64,000 nt of DNA. Origin: Camelus dromedarius. Its lineage: Eukaryota. Positions 53,520 to 64,000 of this stretch are shown here, in pieces. The stretch is taken from NCBI RefSeq assembly GCF_036321535.1, contig NC_087461.1:21204001-21268000 (forward strand). The letters are read 5' to 3'. Below the pieces are notes generated by a model. That model ran no database searches and was not told where the DNA came from. It saw nothing but the letters and a program-made list of their open reading frames with translations. The position numbers and the translations under genes were made by a program. Position 1 is the first letter of the stretch; every line of letters starts with the position of its first letter.

Positions 53520-55690
53520 TGTTTTTAATGGTGACCACAGTAAGTTTGGTGAACATCCATCATCTCCTGTAGATACAACGTTAAAGAAAAAGAAAAAAAT
53601 TTTTTTCCTTGTGATGAGAACTCCTAGGATTTTCTTAACTTCCATGTATAATGTACAGCAGCGTTACATTTATCATGCAGTATGTTACATCCGGAGGACT
53701 TATTTATCTCATAACTGGCAGTTTGTACCTTGTGGCTGCCTTCATCCAGTCCACCCCCCCCCCCACCCCGCTTCCTGCTTCTGGTCACCACAAATCTGAT
53801 CTGTTTCTGTGAGTTTGTTTTTGAATAACTGACCTACTGCACTCACTGTGTTGGTTTCTGTTACACAGCCTAGTGATTCAATATTTCTGTACATTTCTGA
53901 CTGACCACTGTGAGGTCTAGTTGCCATCTGTCACCACACAGAGATACTACATGGTTATTGACTGTACTCCTCACACTGTCCATTTCATCCCCGAGGCTCA
54001 TTTACTTTGTAACTGAAAGCTTGTCCCTTTTAACCTCCCTCACCTGTTTCCTTCCCTCAACCCTCTCTCCTTGGACAACCACCTGTTCTCTGTACCTGTA
54101 ACTCTATTTCTGTTTAGTTACGATTGTTTTTTTGGATTCTACATGTAAGTGAAATCATGTAGTATTTGTCTTTGTCTGACTTACTTTACTTAGCATAATC
54201 CCCTCTAGGGCCATCCATGTTGTTGCCAAAGGCCAGATTTCATTCTTTTCTGTGGCTGAGTAATATCCCATTGTATACAGCACATCTTCTTTGTCCATTC
54301 ATTTATTGATGGGCTCTTAGGTTGCTTCCGTGTCTTGGCTATTGTAAATAATGCTGCAGTAAGCATAGAAGTGCCCATGTCTTTGCAAATTAGCGTTTTA
54401 ATTTTCTTCCAATAAATATCCAGGAGTGTGATGGCTGGATGGCATGGTAGATCNNNNNNNNNNNNNNNNNNNNNNNNNNNNNNNNNNNNNNNNNNNNNNN
54501 NNNNNNNNNNNNNNNNNNNNNNNNNNNNNNNNNNNNNNNNNNNNNNNNNNNNNNNNNNNNNNNNNNNNNNNNNNNNNNNNNNNNNNNNNNNNNNNNNNNN
54601 NNNNNNNNNNNNNNNNNNNNNNNNNNNNNNNNNNNNNNNNNNNNNNNNNNNNNNNNNNNNNNNNNNNNNNNNNNNNNNNNNNNNNNNNNNTCTTTTTTGA
54701 AAAAATGTCTAATCAGGTCCTCTGCCCATTACTTGATTGGGTTGTTTTTGTTTATATTGAGTTGTATGAATTCTTCATACATGTTGGATACTAACCCGTT
54801 ATTGGAAATATTGTTTACAAGTATCTTCTCCCATTCAGTAGGTTGTCTTTTAGTATTGATAGTTTCCTTCACTGTGCAGAAGCTTTTTAGTTTGATGTAG
54901 TCCTATTTGTTTGTTTTTGCTTTTGTTTCCCTTGCCTGAGGAAACATATCCAAAAAAATATTGCTGAGATCTATGTAAAAGAGCACACTGTCTGTGTTTT
55001 CTTCTAGGAGTTTTATGGTTTCAGGTCTTACATTTAAGTCTTTAACCCATTTTGAGTTTATTTTTGTGCATGATGTAAGAAAGTAGTCCAGCCCGATCCT
55101 TTTGTTTGTAGCTGTCAGTGTTCCCAACACTGTTCATTGAAGAGGATATCTTTTCCCCAATGTATATCGTTGCCTCCTTTTTCATAGATTAGTTGCCCGT
55201 ATAAGTGTGGGTCCATTACTGGGCTCTCCACTCTATTCCAGTGATCTGAGTGTCTGTTTTTATGCCAGTACCATACTGTTTAGATTACTATAGCTTTGTA
55301 GTTTAGTTTGAAATTGGGGTGCATGATACCTCCAGCTTTGTTCTTCTTTCTTAAGATTGTTTTGGCTGTTTGGGGTCTTTGTGTTTACATACAAATTTTA
55401 GAATTATTTGTTCCAGTTCTGTGAGAAATACTGTTGGTAAGTTGGTAGGGATTGCATTGTATCTGTAGATTGCGTTGGGTATATGCTTATTTTAACAACA
55501 TTAATTCTTCCAATCCATGAACATGATACATCTTTCTGTCTGTCTGTGTTGTCTTCACTTTTCCTTCATCAGTGTCTGATAGTTTTCTGAAGAGTACTGA
55601 TCTTTGACCTCCTGAGTTAGAGTTATTCCCAGTTATTTTTAGTTAAATTTCATTCTCTTTGATGCAGTTGTAAATGGGATTGTCTGAGTT
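53520..55690 (-). mobile_element. 5'-truncated, degenerate L1 (3' UTR plus ORF2 C-terminal remnant) spanning the second gap
   Basis: L1 3' UTR reversed from about 53520. ORF 54903..55130 (-) reads KINSKWVKDLNVRPETIKLLEE, a hallmark L1 ORF2 motif. Frame broken. Confidence 0.92.
54454..54690. other. Assembly gap (237 N) inside L1
   Basis: Run of N seen directly. Confidence 1.
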
Positions 55691-58070
55691 GATTATTTCA
55701 CAGAACCGTGAGCAAGTTCTGAGCCAGTGCCATGACCTTCCTCTACTGTTATGGCTTCTGTTTGGGGTACTTATGAATCTCATCTCTGACCCATCTTTTC
55801 TTTTCTTTTATTTTTTTTCAATTCTCTCTTTTTCACATAATTCTCATCTGTTTAAAACATATATCTTTTTAAGATCTAATTCTAAATTTATTCTAATTCT
55901 GTACCTATGGAAAATTTGAAAAAATAACATAAAATAGGAAAACAAAAACTGATCTGTAATAAGCTGCTGTTAGCATACTGCTCTATGCTATTCTATTTTT
56001 TCCCTATGAAATACATACTTCTTCCCATACATATTTTTAAAAAGCTAACATCTATTTTCAAAAGTTAATATCTATTTTCGTTTTGATTTATTTCACATTT
56101 TTAGAAAATCATGTTAAATATTTTCTGGAAGAGGCCAAGTTTGTATGAACAGGATGGATGGGAAGGAAGGAAAGGAGGCCTGAAAGATGATACCTTAGCT
56201 GTGATATTTGACCAGATTTCTTAGCTCGCAAATAATATTTACCTCATATGTTATTCATTTTATTAAATGAAATTTGTAACTTTAACCAGCTTACATTTTG
56301 TAGTTACTCAACAAGGGATCCTATTATGACACTATTATCTATAGCTAATCTGTTAAGTTGGAAATATTTTCAGGGAGACTGAATGCTTCTCATGGAGTCA
56401 TTAAAAAGTTAATGAATTTCTTATGAAATCCTCCCAGAATATGAAGGGTATTTATAAAACTACTAAGGATTTATGGATTGAAATGTTCCATTATTCAAAG
56501 AGATAACCACCCTTAAATGCCTTGCTTTTTCGGTACCCGGCCATTGAACTATCTTTGTCCCTAAGTGATACACACCCAGCTCTTGGTAGGTCATTTTTCA
56601 ACTTTTTGTCACACTTTTGCTCCCAATTCCCAATCACTTGCATTTCTCTTTTCAGTTTTACTAACTCTTCCTAATATCTGCTCTGAGTAAGTGCTTGAAA
56701 GTTTGATAAAAAAAATTTTGTGGTCTTTCTTAGTTGGTTAGATCCTTTTCAGGGGATAATATACATTTATTAGTTTTTGCAGAAAGTGATATTTTAAAAA
56801 TTATGTTTCATAACGTAGTAAAGTTTAAAGTGCATGAGTAAAAATGAGTGAAATTACAGAAGGAATAATCTGTACAGCAATAATAGTTTTGTTCCCTATG
56901 AATCTGAAAAAATAAAGAATTTTCACTCATTTTGGCTTGAAACTTAGTGTTCAGATTCTCCAAATTCTGATATCAGAACCCAGATATCCTGGGTAATCTC
57001 TGCATGGAGGTCACATATTGTCATTCAAACAAAGCTTGACTTTTAAAATTTAACCTTTTAGTAGAAAAAATATATTTTTCTATCGTGTAGCAGAGTTCTT
57101 CCCATTTTCTCTGACCTCTTGAATCCCTCAGAAAAGTCAACTCTAACCAGTGAGATTAGTTCTTCAGGCATTTAAAAAAATTTATTGCGCAGGTGGACAA
57201 AATTTTTAAAGAATCTGTTAATTTTGTGGAAGTCCACTGCTAAGAGTAAACTTGGGCAGCGTGAAACAGATGTTTCCGACAGCCTGTAACCGGGGTAGGA
57301 AGGGTTTTTTTGTTTTGATGAGCGCTGTCTTAGGTGTGTTTGGCGTTGTAGCATCTCTTTGAGTTGGAAATAACTGTAAGTGCTTTGACTCTTGTGAAAG
57401 TTCGAACATAATGTGAGTGAGTGAATGGGTATTTATGAGGGGTGTGTGTGCTGGTAGTGAAATATTCTAGTGTTTTATTAATGCAAGAGAATTTTTGTTG
57501 TTTCACAACATATTAAGTACGTAAAATGATGGTAGAGATATTTTATTATTACTATAATTGTTCCTATCTCAGGGATCCCTTACCTTTGTTAAAAGGGAAA
57601 AAAGATTTAAACCCTTTAACATTAAAAAAATCAGTATGACATAATCAGTTATGAGAGTTGGTGACCACAGAGCTTAGGGAAGGGTAGGGGTTAGTGGGGC
57701 TGGAGTTAATGACAGACATTTCAGAGAGACGGTAATGCGGGGTCTAGTTCCCAAGAACTTACGAGAAATTCTGCGTCTCCCTTAGCACAGGGCTCATGGC
57801 GGGCTCATTCTTGCACCGGCTTAGGCCCTGGACAAGTTGTGGTTGTGCTAATGGTTAGTGTTATTTCTGTGAATGCTTTTCTTTTCTCTCTTTTCAACTT
57901 TTAACCATTTTGTATTTTAAAACTGCTGTTATCTCATTGTAGCTTTGAGGGGTGAAGTTTAATCCCCCCGCCCCCCACCACACCTATTACAGGGTACCAC
58001 TGTGTAAGTCAGCGTCTTAGCCTGTTCCCTTGGATTGGAAATTAAAACAGTTGTTCCTGCTCAAGCATGT

Positions 58071-58072
58071 AT

Positions 58073-58134
<62 letters not shown>
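58071..58134. repeat. (ATTT)16 microsatellite
   Basis: 64 bp perfect tetranucleotide run. Confidence 0.98.
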
Positions 58135-58137
<3 letters not shown>

Positions 58138-60360
58138 GGACCCATTCAGAATATGGAAGTCTTTTCTTTTCAAATCAACTTTTACCCTAATATTACACAA
58201 ATACTAAAATCCCACTTAGATTATGACTCTTTTCAAATTTCGTGGACTCTGGTCCTTCTCTGGGGAATTCAGTGTAGACATCACGTAGGCAGCTCACATC
58301 TTGGTAAATGGCAGTTGTCGGCTTTGTCCAGCAGGTACACTGAAGACTGAGATTTCTGAAGTCTGCCCTTTTCCTGAAGTGTTTTGAGAGACAAATAAAA
58401 AGCAGTCAGTCCATTGACCACAAGCTGCTATTAAATCGAATTGTTTTTTCCAGTTGTCTTGTAGCTTAAATTTCATTCTACCATGAACTTAGGTTTGATT
58501 TGATGAATTTCTGTAATACTGAGTTTTTTTAGAGAGAGAAAATATTGTTGGTAAAAGAGCCAGGAACTTTGTTCTCAGAATGAGGCTTCTAGATGGCAGT
58601 ACAATAAAGTTGGAGGTAAAATGTTTCCCAAAAGGGTTGATTTCAAGCTCTTAAATATTGTTTTGAAGATAGTTAACAGTTAGCTAACTGTAGCAATCTG
58701 AAACTTATTTTATTTTATTTTTTGTTGAACTAATATTAGTATATTCTATCTTACGTAGACACTAAAAGTGTTTTTCTTTTCACTGAAATCATTAAAGGTT
58801 GATTTCTGTTTCTTGGAATCTTTTTCAAAAAATACACATTGGTCGTTCCATGTATTGAAGCTTTATAGCTTCGGAGGTGGAAGCATTTCGGACACAGCTG
58901 AGTGATTTCAGTGCCGCTAATTTTCCATGCTGAGAAATTGGTTCCTCACGGGTGCTTCTCACACCCGCCTAGTATCTTTTCCAGATACATAAAGACTATA
59001 CTTCATGGTCATAAAAAAGTTATTTTCGTTTTACTCTACTGCAATTAGTGTTAAAAGCCATTTATTGTAAAAGCAAAAATTCTAATGAATAGAAATGTTA
59101 CCAGAACAAAAGTCTTGTGTATTTTCTCTTCATCCTGATCATCCATTTTAATTAGAGAAAAGGGCGGCGAACACTGTGACAAGAGTCTGGAATGAAAATC
59201 ATTAATTGATGTCAAGCTGAAGAGAGACTGTTAGCATGAATTTAGTGACAGCAGGAAAGAAATTAACCTTATTACTTTATTTAGTGTATTACATTATTGT
59301 GTGTTATTTTCCATGCAGGTTCAAGGCAATTTCATTATAATGGAAAAGGCTTTTTTTTTTTTTAACAAAAAGGAAAGGTGTGAATATTTATGCTTGAACA
59401 TAACAAATTGAAATGATAAATTCTTTACTAACATTTTTTAAAGTCTTAATAAAAAGTTTGAAAAGTTTTAATGGTTGTTTTAATTTTTTTAACATTCCAA
59501 GAACAGGGGAGTAGTGCACGGTGCTGTAGCCCGTCCACGTCTGCACAGCTGTCCGCCATCATTTAAACCTCAGATCGGTACTCTTTGTTTATGGCTGGGA
59601 GGGACTTTCTGGACTGCTTAAAGCAACTGACATTTATTTCTCTGGCTACGTTTTGGGGTAATCTGTTACTTCTGTCATTGCTGAGATCTGGCCTGAGATA
59701 AATTGGATGGAAAATGCTAAACAACAACCTGACTGTTCAGAAAAACGGATGACTCTTGCATCTCAGAGATAATTTGTGACCTCAGGGTCACCACAAAAGA
59801 GCGGAGGGGGGTCCTTTTTATAACACTGACCGTCTGGAACCATCACAGGCTGCACTGCAAAATCCCCTCTTCTTGAGACGTTTCCTTCAACAATACTATT
59901 TTTATTAGGTAGCCAAAAATATTTTCTCCCCTGAGCCAAGCATTTTTTTTTTCAGAAATAAAAATGTTATGAAGGTGAACATATGAAATGTAATATATGC
60001 AACATGTAAAGTATGACATGTAAATATAACTTGGTTGTGTTGCAGATGCCCCCTTTTCTTTATAAAAAACGAGACATTCAAGTGCAAAAGTATGTAATAA
60101 ACTATTTGCATCTTTTGTTGACTGAGTTGTCACTAAAATGCACAAAAAACACAGTACTGTCCTCGGTTTAAAACTCTGCTTTTCAGTGCCATTTGCACAG
60201 CGAGCGAGCTTCATTAGCACTGATTTCTGGGAGGAGCTTTAAAATACACAGTGGTTCTGACTGGTAACCTTTGCTACCCACAGGTGTGCTATAGTTTTAT
60301 TCTAAGGTTTCCATCAAAAGTATAAACTGCCATGTGGAAAGGACGAATGCAAACAGCCTC

Positions 60361-60453
60361 TTTTTTTCTTTTTTGATGGAGGTGCTGGGGATGGAACCCA
60401 GGACCTCGTGCGTGCTAAGCACGCGCTCTACCTCTGAGCTCTACCCCCCACCC
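60361..60453 (-). mobile_element. tRNA-Ala-derived camelid SINE
   Basis: polyT-gatggaggtgctggggatggaacccaggacctcgtgcgtgctaagcacgcgctctacctctgagctctaccccc. aaacagc on both flanks. Confidence 0.9.
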
Positions 60454-61080
60454 CGAAACAGCGTTTATAACTTTGGGGATAAATTCGTTGGTGATGACGA
60501 GGTAAACAATAAAAATGTAATTTCTTATGTTATTGGAGCTTAGGGGAAAAAATCAGTGTTTTCAGAAGTTACTATTGATGTGATTATCATGTTTTTCGGA
60601 TTCAATGATTACTGGTGTTTAGTAATAATGTGCAACCTTAGACAAAAGGAAACAGCTGAGAACCGGAATTTATGGCCAGCACTCAGGCCACTGAGCGCTT
60701 CTTCTGAGCCACTGGCTTGTCAGCAGTTGACCCGCAGTGAGCATGAGTTCCTGGGGAGTCTGGGTTTCGGGAATATGCGAGGGTTTTTCGGTTGCCCCAC
60801 TGGTTGGGGGACACTACTTGGTGATGTGTGGCTGGGACGAGCTGTGCAGAAAGTCCTGCACAGCCACCGATTACCCTTCTCCGATGTCCCTGAACCCTGC
60901 TCAGGAGCACTGATGAGGTGTATTTAAGTATTTCCACTTTAGAGTTGAGAAATAAGGAAATTAGAGAAATCTGACCTGGTGGGTCCAGCCTGGCACAGTG
61001 GTGACAAGCTAGCTGGAAAAAACCAAGGGAGAACAAAAACGCAAATTTTGCTTGCAGTGTTATGTGACAGTTTTCCAGCT

Positions 61081-63545
61081 TAAAAAAATACTTATTTTGA
61101 AATAATCTTAGATGTACAGGAAGTCGCGAAGATGGTACAAAGAGGGCTCACGTAGCCGTGTCCAGTTTCCCCGACAGGTACCACTTACGTGACAGTCGTA
61201 CAACATCAAAACCAGAACGCTGACACTGGTACTGCCTGCAGGGGTAGTTCTGTGTCAGCACATGTGTGGGTTTGTGGAACCACCTCTGCAGTCAAGAAAC
61301 AAGGGTTCCATCACAAAGATCTTCCTTTGTGGTCACACCCACCCCCTACTCACAGATTGCCAACCATGTCTGTTCCCTGTGTCTGTGATTTTGTCATTTT
61401 GAGAATGTGACATAGATGAAATCTTATCGCATGTGGGCTTTGGAGACTGACTCCCCCCACCCGATAGCATAGTGCCTTGAGATCGACTCAGGTTGCCGTA
61501 TGTAGCGGTAGTCTGTTCATTTATGTTACTGAGTTCTGTGATATGGGTATTTCCTTAACCGTGCACCTATTGTAGGATATTTCGGTTATTTCCAGTTTTT
61601 TTTTGATAATAGAAAGTGTCTGTTAACAATTGTGTACAGGTCTTCACATGACTTAAGTTTCCATTTCTGTGGGATAAATGCCCAGGAATGCAGCTGCTGA
61701 GTGGTATCATAAGTAACGTCTAGTTTCGTAAGACACTGCCAGGCTGTACTCCAGGCTGGCTGTACAGTTTCACATTTTCAACAGCGTGAGTGAGAGTCCA
61801 GTTTCCTTGCATTCTTGATGGCAGCCCTGTTTTGTTTTTGCTGATCCCACAGGCGGGTGGTTGTCGCTCACTGTGGTCTTACTTTGCATTTCCCTAGTGG
61901 CTGGTGATGTCGAACATCTTTCCATGTCTTTAATTGTCATCTGTGTATTCTTTTCAAAGAAAGATTGCTTCATGCCTTTTGCCCTTTTAAGTAGATTGTT
62001 TTCTCATTGTTCTCATTCTGGACATGAGTTCTTTGTCAAATATGTGATTTGCAAATATTTTTTTCTCAGTCTGTACTTACTTTTTCATTCCCTTAGTGTC
62101 TTTACAGAGGAAATGCTTTAATTCTGAGGATATCTAGTTTATCTGTGTTTTTCTTTTGTGGGTCATGCTTTTGGTATCATTTCAAAGAATTCTTCACCAT
62201 TGCTAGGTCCTAAAGATTTTCTTCTGTGGTTTTCTTCTAAAGCTTCATAGTTTTACCTTTTACATTTAAATTTGTCATCCCTCTTGAGTTAATTTTGGGG
62301 TAAGGTATGAAGTTTGAATTCAACGTAGGCTTGTTTTCTTTTGTTTTCACCTGTGGGTATCTAATTGCTCCTGCACTATTTGTTGAAAGGTCTGTTTTAT
62401 TCCATTGGCTTGCTTTTGCACAATTATGAGAAATCATTGGGCCATTCTTGCTGGCTGTTTCTGGGTTCTTTATTCTGTTCTGTTGATCTGAATGTCTGTC
62501 CCTCCATGGAAAATACCTGTCTTGATTACTCTAGCTGTGTTACAAGTCTTGCAGTCAGGAGGGGTGATTCCTCCCACTTCATAGTTCTTTTCACAATTGT
62601 TTAGCTCTTCCATCCTTTGCCTTTTCATACAGATTGATGACTACTCTTGTCTGTACCTACAAGAACCTTGCTGGGATGTTTATAGGAATTACATTAAATC
62701 TGTGTATCAGCTTGACCTTACTCTGTTGAGTCTTCCATCCATGAATGCCATATGTCTCTCCAGTTTTAGATCTTCCTTGATATCTTTTATCAGCATTGTA
62801 TAGTTTTCAGCATATAAATCCTGTAATGTTGTGTTAGGTTTATGTATCTGTGAATTTCATTTTTTAGTGATTGTAAGTCACCTGATATTTTTAATTTCTG
62901 CATCCCTGTTCACTGTCAGCATGTGGAAATACAATGGATTTTTGTGTCCTGATGTATCCGGTTACCTTGCTGACCTTGCTTTTTAGTTCTAGGAGATTTT
63001 TGTAGACTCCTTGGGATTTTCTACCCAGACCATCATGTTATCTACAAACAAGAGCAGTTGTGTTTCTAATCTGTGTGCCATTCATTTCTTTTTTTTAGAC
63101 TTACTTCATTGTCTAGACTTCCAGCAATATGTTGAATTACAGATGTGGGAGCAGACATCCCTCCCTTTTTCCTAATCTTAAGAGAAAGCATTCAGTCTTT
63201 CTCCCTTATAATAGATTTTGCATAAGTGCTCTTTATCAAGTTTAGGATATTAGTTCTGCTCTATTACTGGTTTTTTGAGAATTTCTGTCATGATGGGTGT
63301 TGCATTTTATCAGATGCTTTGTCTACACCAATTGATATGATCATGTGATTTTTCTTCTTTAGCCTATTAATGTATTATGTTGATTGATTTTTGAATATTG
63401 AGCCAACCTTGCATTCCTGCAATAAACATCACTTGGTCATGGTGTATAATTTTTTTATGTATTGTCAAATTCTTTTTGCTAGTATGTTGTTAAGGATTTT
63501 TGTTTCTGTATTCATGAGAAATACTGGCCTGTAGTTTTCTGTTTT
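61081..63545 (-). mobile_element. Old degenerate L1 (L1MC/MD-like), about 2.5 kb
   Basis: 3' end ttattttgaaataatcttagatgtacaggaagt...; ORF2 remnants in ORFs 61770..61973 (CSTSPATREMQSKTT) and 62237..62437 (IPYPKINSRGMTNLNVKGKTMKL). Confidence 0.88.
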
Positions 63546-64000
63546 ATAATGGAGTGTATTCATCTGATTTTTTGTCTTTTCTATATTCTTTTGAATGTAT
63601 TTATGTAATTTATGCAAGCAATGGTCTACTTCAAATATGAAAAAAGTAACTGCAATAAAGTATTGAACATTCTAAAATACTGCTTTTTATAAACAAGGCT
63701 TCACTTTTAAGTAAACATTTAAATTGGTAAATATGTAATAGAAATATTTTTTCCATCAAAAATTATCAGAATTCTTTCAAGGGTAGTTTAATATTTTCAG
63801 CTAAGACTGACTTAGGACATACAATATATCAATAGGTTGAAGAGGACTTTGTACAAAGTGGCTTAGTGAAATCTTAGGAAATATTTAAACATATCTTCAG
63901 TTCAAGTGGTTATTTAAGATCTGTTTCTTAGTTGTAACACAGGCAAGCTTTATTTCAGAATTTGATTAGATACATGCCTTCTTGTCCAGAATCTCCAGAC

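Noticed and set aside
54903-62437. ORFs 54903..55130, 61770..61973 and 62237..62437 as an active retroelement or domesticated gene
   Set aside because: Short, frame-broken remnants of L1 ORF2 in truncated copies.

Overview
Mammalian nuclear DNA, most likely camelid (Vicugna/Lama/Camelus), judged from five tRNA-Ala-derived Vic-1-type SINEs. The whole window appears to lie inside one gene on the + strand, PARD3 (Par-3 polarity scaffold). Five internal coding exons can be read with GT-AG borders and matching phases: 2543-(gap), 3758-3802, 8626-8853, 22640-22859 and 49966-50076. They correspond roughly to human residues 806-1061 as I recall that protein. An alternative last exon at 27180 (SLAKRKPEKR-stop, with its own AATAAA) encodes the short isoform. 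The rest is intron with SINEs, L1/L2/MIR fragments, DNA-transposon fossils, micro- and minisatellites, and two N gaps. I found no prokaryote-type system, CRISPR array, true RNA gene or second protein-coding gene; nearly all ORF-track entries are chance or repeat-derived frames. The most unusual signals: (1) short, sharply bounded GC/CpG-rich patches, one of which has rewritten half of exon 49966-50076 toward Ala/Arg/Pro, with similar AT-to-GC drift in neutral repeats (candidate GC-biased gene conversion); (2) two further candidate terminal exons (4277, 59319); (3) a minisatellite with a higher-order 4-unit repeat just before exon 22640; (4) a twin-primed (5'-inverted) L1. All comparisons with human PARD3 and repeat consensuses are from memory, not from an alignment.
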